Shown: in pieces, positions 51,459-64,000 of the stretch
Position numbering within the stretch: position 1 is the first letter of the stretch
Layout: every line of letters begins with the position of its first letter
Source of the DNA: Phaeosaccion multiseriatum
Taxonomy: Eukaryota; Protista; Ochrophyta, other classes
NCBI GenBank assembly: GCA_965112735.1
Contig: OZ218959.1
Location: 248,001-312,000, forward strand
Direction of reading: 5' to 3'
Length of the DNA stretch: 64,000 nt
Notes under the pieces: model-generated
What the model was told of the DNA's origin: nothing
Database searches by the model: none
What the model saw: only the letters and a program-made list of their open reading frames with translations
Made by a program: the position numbers and the translations under genes

Positions 51459-52359
51459 TCCCTCACCTCATGATCTCGCAGCGGACGCACTCCACGGTAT
51501 CCTGCGTGCGAGAGCGCCGGTCTCCGACGCTGCGCACCACGACGGCCTCTATGTCATCTTCTGCCACTGCGCCTACGTTATCCTCTGCCACTGCCGCTGT
51601 CTGCTGTTGGCCGCCTGCCTGCCCCCCTGCCTCCATGTGTACGGCCGTTGTTGGGTCTGGATCACCAACTGCTGCTGCTGTCCCTTCGTCCTTGAGCACG
51701 AGGCCCGGGTTGGAGCAGGCCGTCGCAAAGAAGAGAAGGAGGTTCAGGGCGCCAAGAACGAGGCCGCCTAACGCGATGAACGCGCAAGCGCTCCTCGGGA
51801 AATTGCTGAGGACCGGTCCGAGCTCGATCATGGCCGCGGCCTGGAGGGGCGTGGAGCATGGAGCATGGAGAATGGGGCGTGGGGTGTGGAGGGTGAGGTA
51901 TGAGCAGGGAAGGACGCACATGAAAGAAGGGGGGGGGGGGGGGGGGCGAAAACCACACTCAAAACCACACTCACCCAGAGCGAGGTGATCAGCGCAATCG
52001 CCACCGCAGTGCGTGCAGTCGTTCGATAGTCTGGTCCCACCATTCCCTGCAAAGGAAAGGGCTGGTTCCTGAGGGGGGGGGAGGGGACATAGCAGAGAAC
52101 AAGCGAAGAGTAGATAAGGCAGTTTTAGGCGAGACGTTGTTGAATGAACGAAAGCATTAGTATCATGTTTTGTTCATTGTCACAACCAAGCGGTGGCAGT
52201 ACGCAGTACTCCAAAAAGGAAGGGAGAGGGGGAAGAGGAAGGAAGAGGGGGATGGCACGCTCACCCGGAGGCTCTTCCCCAGAGCAACGTGTGTTCTCTG
52301 CCCACTTTTTTGCCGTGCCAGCAGCACCCACAGGACCACTCCTCCTCTTCTCCAGACAT
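50788..52359 (-). CDS. DHHC protein S-acyltransferase (palmitoyltransferase)
   Basis: Exons 52265-52359, 51975-52068, 51467-51840 and 50788-50989. [20 protein letters not shown]|[32 protein letters not shown] followed by a TM segment. Confidence 0.92.
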
Positions 52360-54033
52360 GGAGATAGCGACGAGGAGGAAACCGTAAGTAAGGGAGGAAG
52401 AGAGGAAGCTCTAATTCGCGGAGGGAAGAAGAAGGTGGAAAAAAAGGGGAGGACCGTGGCTCATCATCATCATGAGGGAGTTGGGTGTTTTGAAAGATCA
52501 CAGATACTTTGGATTTTGACCCGCTGGTGGGCGGTGCAGCGGTTTAATAAGGGTTGAGTAGTTGCGTAAATTCGGCCCCAACCCCCGGACTATTGGCCTC
52601 GGCCTAGAGGCGAAATTCGGCCGACCTAGAGGGCAGGCTCTTGGCCGAGGCCTAGGGGGGGCGCAGGACCCCGATATCGGACCCCTGCTGCAGGCGCTGC
52701 CTCTACACAGTCGCGCGACGCCTCTGACGTGTTTCCCTGTTTCCTGTTTCGCCGGCGCCAGCCAACCTGTTTCCTGTTTGATTTGCAGCGGTTCCAGCTG
52801 ATATCGAGGTCGACGACACGAAATTCGAGACGAAAGCCGACCTCGACAGGCGGAAATCGACCTCGATACCTGTTTTCTTCGCACGCACGAACCCACCCAC
52901 GCACGCACCCACGCACGCACCTGCTCACTCATTTCCTCTTCTTGCCCTGATCTCGCCAACGTACGAAGGAGAGATTTGCGTCAGAAAAGTGCTTGAAGAC
53001 ATCATTTCCGGCCGTGTGGCGGCCCTCTGAGTGGCCTCCGGCAGCCCCTCACCGGCCGGGGGGGGCTTTATGCCGGCTGGCGCCGGTAAAAGGCGCTGGC
53101 GCGCGTACTCGCTCACTCTCTTCACCACACATGCGCAGACGCACTCATGCATTCACTCACTTCACCATCAGTCACGCACGCAACGCACGCACGCACGCAC
53201 GCACGCACACGCACACACAGGTCTCACTTTTGACTAGCATCGCCTACGCGCTTAAGCCAACAACTGCAGCATAGCTAGAGCTCAGCATCACTTGTGCCGC
53301 CGCCAGCTAGTGTTCGGGGTGTTTTATGAGAGGGGACTTATCGAGAGGAGGGGTCGGCAGGGGGTAGCTACAGCCACAGCTCGCCCCCGCTGGCCTAGCC
53401 TGCAAACGAAAAGTGCCCGGCCTAGAGCGGCCGAAGGCTCCTCGGCCCAACCCCTCGGCCTAGGGCCTAGCTAGAGCAGCTTGCAGTATGCTTACACTTC
53501 GGTCTAGGGCCTAGAGCATAGGCTTGTATTATAGTCCGGTCTGGGGCCGAGCGGTGGGTACATGCATGTATGGGAAAGGTAATCACTGTTTACAATGCCG
53601 ACCCTCCCACCCTCCCCTGTCCCCCTTCGCACAGAGGAAAGGTCTGGTTATGCCCACGCGCAGGCTGTTCACACCGCTCCTCTCGCGGCCTCTCACTCTC
53701 CCCGCCCGTTCCCCCGCGCTTCAGCACACCTCCTGCCTCTCTCGACCAACTTGCAACAGTCGACACACTCCTGCCTGCCTGTGCCAAGCTGCCACAGTCG
53801 TTAGTCCAAAGTCCTTCCTCAGTGGCCCCATCCGTGCTGACCGCTGCAACTGCCGCTGTCGGGCACTGTATGTCTCAGGCGCCAGGCGTCATGTGTCGTG
53901 CCCTCCCTACCCTCTCTCTCTCCCACGGCATCTTCGTACCCTGCCAGGCCGCCTTCCCGCTCAAAAATAACTCTGCCGCTGCGGCTACTGCTGCCGCTGC
54001 GGCTACTGCTGCCCCTGCGGCTACTGCTGCTGC

Positions 54034-54067
<34 letters not shown>

Positions 54068-54398
54068 TTCTGCCCTGACTGTTTCCAATAGCCGCTGCGC
54101 ACAGTGAGCGTACTACTGGTTGGAGGCGTCAACAAATGAAATAACACTCCGCGCCAATCGACCTGCACTCTCTCAGCTCCGTCCGCACCCCATGTGTCCA
54201 ACAAGCCCCCCTTCCTGCCTCTCCCTCAGCTGCCCAGAGGCATTCATCGCAAGGGATGGATCCAGCAGGGCCGCAGCAGCGAAGGGGAGCACGCACAGCC
54301 ATCCAATGACCGCAACCGCACTCTTTTCAATCGCTCGACCACACCAGACCGCCCATTCAACCCGACCAGCCTCTCCCTCCGTCAAGACAAGATTTGGC

Positions 54399-57300
54399 TC
54401 AGGAGGTCGCCCCTGTTGCCACCCCTGCCTCCGCCTCCGCCTTCGCCAAGGCCATCGCTGCTTCCTTCGCAAGCTTCTTGCGAGCCTTCTCCTCCTCCAC
54501 CATCTTTGCGACCACCTCTGCGGCGCTCTCTCCCTCCTGCTGCCCCTCGGTCTCGTCCTCCTGCTTGGCGTCCTCCTTGACAGCGTCAGCGAGGATGTAT
54601 TTCACACGCTGGAACGTCTTACGCAGCAGCACCTCCAGCAAGTCGAAGGGGTCCTGCTCGTCATACACATACGCAGGAGTCAACGCACAGAGAGAGAACG
54701 ACACGCGAGCGAGAGAGAGGGGCATGGAGAGAGACGGGAAGAGAGAGAGGACGCGCAGAGAGAGAGAGAGAAATAGACAAGAGAGACAGAAAAAAAGAGA
54801 CAGAGACACGCACAGAGAGAGAGAGACGCACAGAGAGACATTCACGCGCACACAGGAGACGTGGGTGCGTGCAAGCGGTTGGGAGAAACAAGACGTCAGA
54901 GGGAGCGACCAAGACCGAAGTTCAAAGTACAGACGTAGTTCTCACGCAGGCAACGCAAATGCAAAAGCACGATGCAATCTATTCACATACAACTGTCAAC
55001 GTGGAAATACATGTGAGCGTGGACGTCAGCCCTCTGGACGCAGAAGCCGCAGCTTAGCCTCAAAGGTTCCTATGTCAGCAACAGTTACTCTATGCATATG
55101 TCATGGCAGAGAATCCTCGCCCTGGGCCGATCACTCGTAGTGACCAAAAGCCTTGGCGGGCCTCTGTGGCATTGACCTGCAAGCCTTTCTCTCTCTTTCA
55201 CCTTCCTGTGTCTCTCCTTATCTCTCTCACACACACATACATACAGAGACGCACACACAAACACCGCGTTTTCTCTCTCCAAAGACGAGCATGAGCAAGT
55301 CATACACAATCAAGGGGTAAGGCACCGCCTAACCCCGCCCCCATCCACTGCCATCTAGACACATCCACTCTCTCCTCACCTCGAGCATGAGCACATTGTG
55401 CATGATCATTAACGTGCCTCCGAGCTGCCGCAGCCGAGCAAGCATGCGTGTGCGAGTGAAGGCGTCTATCTCGCCCACCTGCTGGAACGAGTTGGCCATC
55501 ACGATCTGAACGGGGGCGGGCGGTGGCAGTGGATGGTAGTGGATGGTAGGGGGTAGGGGTCAGGTCAGTCGAACGAACGGGACACCTTCACCGCAGTCGG
55601 TAACTGTTGTGCTTCACCGACAGGCCAGCACGCGCATCAGACAGAGAGAAAGAGAGAGAAGAGAAAGAAAAGAGAGGGAGAGAGCGAGAAGAGAGAAAGA
55701 GATAGAGAGAGAGAGGGAGAGAGAGAAGAGAAGGGGGGGGGGGGGGAGGAGAGAGAAAGAGAGAGAAGGGAGAGAGACAAAACATACAGACAGAGACGAA
55801 CAGCCCGATAGATGTACAGACAAACTGACAAGACGGACAGACAGATAGACAGACAGACAGATAGACAGACAGATAGACAGATAGAAACGGACAGACACAC
55901 AGATAGACACACACACAGACAGACAGACAGACAGATAGACGGACAGACAGACAGATAGACGGACAGACAGACAGATAGACAGACGGGGACTACGCACCTG
56001 GAATATCCTGCTGTCCAGCGGCTCCTCCATTGGCATGGGAAGGCGCATCTTGTCCTCATCGGGCAACCCGTTGAGGCGGGTCTGGGAGGCAGCAAGGGAC
56101 TCCTTCCACTCCTCCAGATGGCCAAGCTTCTCCTTGGACTTGGTGAAGTAAGGAAGCTCCATGAGGGGCGTCACGCCCTCGGGACATGGGTAGCGGTCCA
56201 GGATCATCAGCAGCAGTCCGCACATCTCGATCTGATGAGGGGAGGGAGGGAAGGAGGGAGGGAGGGAGGGGGTGAGGGAGAGGGAAAGGGAGTGGAGAGA
56301 GGGAGGGAGAGTGGAGAAAAAGGAGAAGAGTGGGCCTTCCTACCTGCGCTGAAGGGGCCTCTCCGTAGTCAGAGGGGCGCTTGTTCACGAAGAAATCCAT
56401 GAACTGTGGTAAGGGAAGAGAGGGAGAGAGAGAGACAAATAAACGGGCAACACAACCGGGGTGGAGGAAGAAAGGACAGGGTGAGGAGGTAAGAAAACGA
56501 AACAGAGAGACTGGACACAGGGCAAAAGTGACAGCACACGAACACACAAACACACATACACACACACGAATACATAAGAGAGACAAAGGCCGCACAGCAC
56601 GGGAACATCATCCCCTCACCACCGTACCTTGTCAAGGCAGAAGGCGAGTGCCAGAGACTGCGGCAGTGTCTCTCTCAGCTCCCATACGCACACGGCGAGG
56701 GTGCGCGAGCCCACCAGGTCGCCGTCCTCGTCCAGCAGGCCCAGAGCGTGGCAGATCTCCTTGGACGTTTCGTAGTACGACTTGGAGGGGGTCACGCCCT
56801 CGATGCTCTGGGAGGGGGAGAGAGGGAGGGAGGGAGGGAGGGAGGGAGGGGGGTAGGGGGAGGGGTAAGGGGAATTTTCTTGCTTCCTTGCACAAAAGGA
56901 ACGTTTCTTGCCGAGCTCCAATAAAGGCTGTTTCTTTCGCTCCGCTCTTCCCTTCTCCCTTCCCTCTACTCTTCCCGCTTCCCTTCCCTTCCCTTCCCTT
57001 CCCTCCGCCCCTCCCCTCCACTCCGAGAGAGCACACCCTACACCTCCTCCGTCACTGAGCACAAAGTACTGAGCACTGAGCATTGAGCACTGTCCAACTT
57101 CTCTTCTCACCTCCTTCAGAGTGCGTCCTGCGATTTGCCTTGCCATCCTCCTGTCCACATACTTGCTGAAGACCGCTCCCCTGGCGTGGCCTCGAGGAGG
57201 GAAAGGCTCTGCTGGGGCGAGCTCAGACAGCGCTGAGAGAGGGGTCAGTCGAGGGGGGATGGCAGTGGATGGGGGGATGGAAGGGGATGGGACGGGGCGG

Positions 57301-59521
57301 GGCGGGGGTGTCAAAGGCTGCAAAGTGCAGTACACGCCAACGACAGCTCTGACTCACTGCCGCTCACTCACTCACTCACTCACTCACTCACACACACACT
57401 TCACTGCCATTCCCTCCTCCCTCACTCACTCACCTGGCTGCAGCGCCATGGTGGGGTAGCGCGGGTCCCTGCCCTCCATGGCGGGGATGGTGCCGAGCAT
57501 GAGGTACTGAATGCGATCCCACTTCATGTTCATGTACAGGAGGTTGCCTTGTGTGTCGAGCCCTCGCCTGCCCGCTCTGCCCATCATTTGTTGCGCAACG
57601 AGGGGGTTGAGCAAGTCGCCCATGTCGCTCGTAAAGCAGCAGGTACTGGAAGGTAGGGAGGGAGGGAGGGAGAGAGGAAGAGAGAGAGGGAGAGGGGGGT
57701 TAGAGGAGCAAGGGTTAACAAGGCAGTGCGGTTTGAAGGCAGTGCGTGCGGTTCGGGTGCGGCCTGCGTCTGCTGCCTTCCTTCCTCCTCCTGACTGCTT
57801 GACTGCGTGCCATTCGTCCTTCCTTCCTCTTAGCTGCCTGCCTGAATTGACTGCCTGGTTGCCTTCCTCCTCCACTTACCGGAAAGGCATGTTAACCCCG
57901 TAGGCAAGACTCTCGTCACTAAACACGACGGCAAGCTTTCCCTGCTGCGCAAGCCTCTGCACCACGCGTCTGTATTGAGAGGATGCAAGGGGGAGGGGGG
58001 GGTGGGGTTGGGCAGGGAGGAGAGGGGAGGAGAGGTGAGGGGAGGGGAGGGGAGAAACACAGACCCACGCATGCATCCACGCATGCACGCACACTACATA
58101 GACACATACACACGCACACACACACACACACGCGCGCACACACACACCTGTACTTGGGAAAGGAGTCGTCGTTGATGTAAATGCCGAAGCCCCTCCTCAG
58201 CGCCCTCAGCAGGGGGTGGCCGGGGTTTTTGAGCTCACTCTTACCGGAAGAGGAGGCGAGCTCTCCGCAAATGTCGTCGAACTCCACGGAGGAGATGCGG
58301 TTGGTGGGAGTGGCTAGCACAAAGTCTGGGTGGGGGGCGGCCGTGTCCACGAACTGGGGAGGGAGGGAGAGAGTGAGGGAGGGGGGAGGGGAGGGAGGGA
58401 GGGTGGGAAGGAGGGAGGGAGGGAGGGTGGGAAAGAGGGAGGGAGGGGAAGGCATGAGCACGCCTGAAACTTTTCCCTCAAGATCGATCCCTCCCGAGAC
58501 GTTTCAATTCGCAGGCCCAATGTACCCAATCTACCACCCCTCACACATTCACTGCCATCCCCTCCTTCCCTGACTGACCCACTCCCTCCCCCTCCATTGT
58601 CATCCCCTCCATACGACACACCTGGTCAGACATGTCCATATCCGCCATGCCGCTCTGCGCCTCCTCCGCCTGCTCCTTCTCGTTTACGCGGATCTTGGCG
58701 GTCTGTTTGGGGAGGGAGAGGGGGAGGGGGAGGGGCAGGGGGAGGAGGAGGAGGAGGAGGAGGAGGAGGAGGCGGAGGAGGAGGAGGATGGGGGGGGGGT
58801 TAGGGTGGGTTGAATGGCTGTTCACTTTTCCCCAACCCATTCACCTTCACCGCTCCCTCATGTGTCGCTCCCTCATGTGTCCACTGATCCAATCGAAATC
58901 CCTCACACACACACACCCGCGCACACACACGCACGCAAGCATACACATCCACGCACACACACACGCACGCACGCACGCACACGCACACATACGCACACAC
59001 CTACACGCCCACGCCTACCCACACACGCATACCCACACCACGTCACCCACCCACCCACCCAAACCCCTACAGACCCTGTATCACCAACACGCCCACCCCC
59101 ATTGACATATGGTGTTCCTCACCTGTGCCCTGATCTTGGCGATCTCCTCTGCCTTCTGCCTGAGCTCTGCCAGGTAGTTGGGGTATTTGAGCCGCTGGCC
59201 CACCTCGAGCTGTCTGAGCAGCTCCTTGAACAGCTCCAGACACATGAACGAGTCGAGGTGGAAGAGGATGGCAGGGCAGAGGTCCTTGGCCCGCATGTCC
59301 ATCACGGCGTCGTGCACGGAACACTCGGGGCCCACCTGTTACATATTGGATTGGATTTGTTGGATTAGAGTGGAACCAGCCATGAAGGGGGGGCGGAGGG
59401 AGAGAGGGGAGGGAGGAGAACCAACGGGTGAGGGTGGGGGAGGTAGTGAGATAACTGTTGCAGCTCTGAGGGGGGCTTAATGGTAACGGGTAAAAGGGTT
59501 CGAAGGTGTTGAGGTACGCAC

Positions 59522-59568
<47 letters not shown>

Positions 59569-62500
59569 GTCATTCATGTACCTGGTCTGGGTAGAACTTC
59601 TTGAGCAGCTGCTCCGTCTCTGCGGGCATGTCCTTCGCCAGCACCTCCAGCCTCCTGCAGAGTGCTTCTTCGTAGTCCTTCGCCATCTGTAAGGTGATGC
59701 GGTTCACGCCCTCGTAGCAGGCGAAGAACGGCTCGGGGGCGATGTCAGCGATCTGTTTTTGGTGGGGAGGGAGGGGACGGAGGGAGGGACGGAGCGGGAG
59801 AGAGAGAGAGAGAGAGAGAGGGAGGGAGGGAGGGGGGGAGGGGAGAAAGGGAGGGACGGAGAGGGGGGGGGGAGGGAGGGAGGGAAACAACAAGCACAGG
59901 GCAAACAAGTCAGCGGACACGCCGTGTCTGAGGGGTGAGAGAGCGCACACTGCACACCGCACTTCACTTCCTCTTCCTCCCTTCCTCTCTTCCCCTCTTC
60001 CTCCCTCCCTCCCTGCCTGCCTGCCTGCGTCCCCTCCTCACCTTATCCTCGGGGAACAAAGCGGTGAGGGCCTTCCACAACTCAATGGTATCGTTGGGCG
60101 TGAAGGGCAGAGACACGTTCTGCAGCCCGTCCTCCCCCTGCAGCATGTCCAGTGTAACAGCACTCAGGGGGTGCAGTTGCTGGAAACTGTCGTTCACCCA
60201 CACGTAGCGCTGGGTCGGGGGTGGGGGGGGGGGCAGCGGATGGATGGATGGCAGCGGATGGATGGATGGCAGCGGATGTGTGAGCGGGAGAAACAAGACA
60301 CCCCATCCACGCCCAAAGACACATATATGTACATATACACAGCGCACCCATATACCTGCAGATTGATGAAGCGCACGTTGAAGTCCTCGAGGTGCACGGA
60401 CTCCGAGTTCTGATGAAGCATGGGGGAGTCGATACCGCGGGCACTCAGGTCGGCCTAAAGAGGGGGGGGGGGGGGGGAGGCAGCAGAGTGAGCCACACTT
60501 ACTCAGTTTCAGTTCCAGTCTTCAACACTCATCGGTCTTGACTGTCTTGCCTTCACGAGACGCGGCCCTCCACCCTCTGGTGCCATCTCCCCTCTGCTGC
60601 CATCTTCCCTCTCTCTCTCTCGCCAAGAGCCCCACCTCCCTTCCGCACCCCTCCCCTCCCTCCCCCCTTCCCCTCCGCTGGCTTACTGGTTACCTCAATG
60701 ATGGCGACATCGGCCAAGTGGTCTTGGCGGACCTCGTTCATCCATGCCAACACCTAAGGCACACAGAGGCATACAGAGGGATGCAAACGGATGCAAGGAG
60801 GAGTTAGAGTCCCATCCAGGGAGGGGGGGAGTTGAGGCAACATAAGCTAATGGCAGTCTAATGGCAGTCAAGAATCAAGCCTAGTCCAGCCAAGCGATCC
60901 AAGACTAAGGCAGTCAGTCAAGTCAATAAGTCAATAGAGTAGCCAAGCCATGCAACCACCAGCAGTCCACACGCAACAGCTCCACAACGCACGCACTCAC
61001 GCACTCACCTCCTCCCCGTTTCCGATGGTGGCTGAGAGCGCGAGGAAGTTGCAGTTGACGCTGCGAATAAGCCGCTGCAGCGCCGCTCCCTCCTCTCCGT
61101 CCAGAGAGTGGACCTGTGTGAGGGCACACGCACGCACGCACGCACACACGGGGAGGGGGGCAGGGACAGGGCCAGGACAGTGGCAGGACAGACGCAGTTG
61201 GGAGCATACGGGCAGGCGGTTGGAAGCGTACAATAGAACAGGCAGAGGCAGAGGCAGAGGCAGAGGCAGGTGTAGAGGCGGAGCAGTTAGAGGGCAGCCC
61301 CGATGAACGGACACATACGTCCACATGCACACACGCACACACGCAGTAGCCGCAGCATCGGATGTCTATTTGATCTTTGCAAAGAACCACGTACTCCCAC
61401 CGCTTCTAGAGAAAGAGCGCCGGCAGACTAGTCTTCGCAGGTTTGTTTCCTCATTTGCTTGCCTATTGCATTGCCGTGAATTGTAGGCCCCATGTAGAGC
61501 GAGGCCAGAACCCTCCCTTAACCCTTTCTGACCCCTCTTATAACATTGCCTTGACAGTTTCAGTAACACCTCTTGACAGTTTCAATACCTTCCTCCAAGC
61601 TCATAAGCTCTAATGCACACCCCCTTGACAGTCAGTCTGATCGATTAATGGATACCCAAACACACACCCAAGCACACGCTCGCTCCAACCCACTCACCCC
61701 CCCCCCCCCCCTACCCACCCCTTGACTTGCTCGCTGACTTGCTCCCTCTCCTCCTCCCTCACCCTCACCTCATCGTACACGGCGTAGTCGAAGGTAAATC
61801 CCCCCTGCAGCAGCGCGTAATCGAGCTTGTTTAGCGCCTCCTCTCCCACAGGCCCTCGCAGCTTGGAGAGAGTCGTCTCCAAAGCACGAGGGGTGCCCAC
61901 GATGACTCGCAGGTCTGAGGGGGTGTCAGGACAGAGAGAGAGAGGGTGTCAGGACAGAGAGAGAGGGTGTCAGGACAGAGAGAGAGGGTGTCAGGACAGA
62001 GAGAGAGAGGGTGTCAGGACAGAGAGAGAGGGTGTCAGGACAAGAGAGAGGGTGTCAGGACAGAGAGAGAGGGTGTCAGGACAAGAGAGAGGGTGTCAGG
62101 ACAGAGAGAGAGAGGGTGTCAGGACAGAGAGAGAGGGTGTCAAGACAGAGAGAGAGAGGGTGTCAGGACAGAGAGAGAGGGTGTCAGGACAGAGAGAGAG
62201 GGTGTCAGGACGAGGGGCGTGATGGAAAGGGTGCCTGGTGCCTGTGTGTGAATGTTTGGATGGAGTGGATGGGTTCCCTTGGGCTGGATGAATGTATGGA
62301 TGGAGTGGATGGGTTGGGCTGGATGAATGTATGGATGGAATGGATCGGTTGGGCTGGATGAATGATTAGAGGGGGCTTGAGGTGAGGGGGGGCTTCCTTG
62401 CCTTGCCTTGTCTCCGTGCCTCAGACAATAGTTATTCCGGAATAGCTTAATCCTCACCAAAGGCACCGACAGAGCCGGCTTCTTCTCAGTTGAGGGAGCG

Positions 62501-63722
62501 TTTTTGTCATCATTGACGGAAACCCATCCAATCCATGCTGTAAACACACTAATGTAAGCGATAATACATTCTCCCCTACACAGCCCCCCCAGTGTTGTGT
62601 TAGTCCTACACACTGTGTGGCCTCGTCCTGTACACTCACTGACATCACTCACCGGCCTCTGGTCGGAAACTCATATGGTCCATACACAGCCCCACCTGCC
62701 CCTTGAGCAGCTTGTGGAACAGCGCAGCCACCTGCCACACCAGCGGCTCAGTGGGCACTACAAACAGGATGCGGCCCTCGGCACCGCCCGCCACAGTGAT
62801 GTAGGAGGAGATGATGGTCTTGCCGGAGGAAGTAGGGGCACACACGACTGCCGAGCGGCGCTTATCCACCTCTCGCAGAACGCGCTTCTGCCACTCGTCC
62901 AGTCGCCAGCCTGTGGACGGATGGAGGCGTATGGGGTATGGGGGGGGCGGGGGGGGGTTAGTAGTCATCTATGCAAGCACCCACTCACGCACGCACGCAC
63001 GCACCCACCCCACGCACGCACCCACACCCACACCCACACATCCACTGACTCACCGCTGGTGAACTTGCTGAGCGGCGGGAGGCGGTCGGCCATCTCCTGC
63101 AGTTGGAAGAATACGAGGTTCTCCTCGTCGCGCATCTTCTGGACCTTCTTGAGGGGCTTCTTGTTGTCGTACACGAGTTGGCACTCCTTGGAGCGCTTCA
63201 CCTTCTTCTTGGAGTCCTGAGGGGTTAGGAGGGGGAGGGGGAGAGGACGCGTTAAGGGTGGGGAGGGGGGGGCGGAGGGGGACGAGAAGCAAGAGGAGGA
63301 GGAGGAGGAGGAGGAGGAGGAGGAGGGGAGGAGGAGGAGGAGGAGGAGGAGGAGGGGAGGAGGAGGAGGAGGAGGAGGAGGAAGGGAGGTGACTGAGACT
63401 GATGCTCCTTGCCCTCCGCCCTAGCCATGACCCCCCCCACCCTCGTACCTTCTTGTCGTCTTTCTTATCCTTCTTCTTGTCCTTCTTATCGTCCTTCTTA
63501 TCCTTTTTGTCCTTCTTGGCCGCTTTCTTCTCCTCCTCCTCCTCCTCCTTGGCCGCCGCCTCCTCCTTGGTGGCGCTCTGATACACGGGAAGATCCTCAA
63601 TGGCCCACAACACATCAAAGGCCGTCTTCTTATCGAGGGCGTCAATCGCGTCCTTGAGGATCTCAAGCATTTGGTAGAGACGGCCGTAAGGGGTTGACAT
63701 GCGGAGGGACAGCAACATGCCC
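54399..63722 (-). CDS. DDX60: DDX60-like Ski2-family DEVH-box RNA helicase (5' partial; 20 exons in window)
   Basis: Exons 63449-63722, 63054-63216, 62653-62910, 61769-61914, 61009-61113, 60694-60753, 60356-60454, 60042-60209, 59582-59752, 59123-59335, 58622-58702, 58148-58353, 57880-57969, 57434-57645, 57111-57232, 56628-56807, 56344-56403, 55998-56231, 55380-55505 and 54399-54653. Motifs: [31 protein letters not shown]|[37 protein letters not shown]. Confidence 0.88.
61920..62212 (-). repeat. ~21-bp minisatellite (CTCTCTCTCTGTCCTGACACC)n abutting a splice acceptor of the helicase gene
   Basis: About 13-14 copies in intron 61915-62652, ending a few nt before the acceptor AG. Confidence 0.93.
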
Positions 63723-63774
63723 CTGTTTCGTTTGTTGCAAGGGGAGGAAGGAAAGGGGAAGGATCAATCGCGGG

Positions 63775-63806
<32 letters not shown>

Positions 63807-64000
63807 TACATTGCATGCCTTTCAGGTGCATCGAACGTCGACAAGCTCCTTGCCTGCCCAAACACCTTGTGTGTCTGCCTACCTGCCTGCCTACCTGCCT
63901 GCCTGTCTGCCCGCCTATCTGCCTGCCTGCCTGCCCCGCCTCTGTGGGTCAGACTCGAACCCTACTGCTTATACAGAGGGCGAAACGGCTGCCCATAGCC

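Noticed and set aside
52925-53030. Possible box C/D snoRNA (ATGATG...CTGA on the minus strand)
   Set aside because: The boxes are imperfect and too close together, with no terminal stem or recognisable guide.
53524-54390. Ala-rich short ORFs downstream of the helicase
   Set aside because: They are driven by a CTG/CAG repeat and show no domain signal; probably UTR or intergenic sequence.
63940-64000. B-box-like GGTTCGAGTC on the minus strand (tRNA/SINE?)
   Set aside because: The T-stem does not pair properly, no cloverleaf forms, and the sequence is truncated by the window edge.

Overview
GC-rich, intron-rich eukaryotic genomic DNA with microsatellite-packed GT-AG introns. CFAP100 and PKD2 point to a flagellated protist or alga; a stramenopile origin is plausible but is inference only. 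Twelve protein-coding genes were reconstructed by hand from ORFs and splice sites, plus one less certain call. In order they are: Bdp1 (5' partial), an R2R3-Myb, a degenerate GT31-like glycosyltransferase (the less certain call), a PKD2/TRPP channel head-to-head with a CaMK, an MDHAR-like flavoprotein, a ~1.7k-aa double-PLP-domain fusion head-to-head with CFAP100, a Zn-finger+Myb protein, a Zn-knuckle low-complexity protein head-to-head with a myristoylation-motif EF-hand protein carrying huge poly-Gly tracts, a DHHC palmitoyltransferase, and a 20-exon DDX60-like helicase (5' partial). The strongest leads are (1) the fusion of a fold-type-I PLP domain to a DAP-decarboxylase-like domain, and (2) a consistent polarity of complementary repeats inside introns (GATGGCAG near donors, CTGCCATC near acceptors), suggesting intron-bridging RNA structure. 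Most other short ORFs in the track are repeat-derived or antisense shadows. No tRNA, rRNA, CRISPR array or transposase was found. All exon coordinates are manual predictions.
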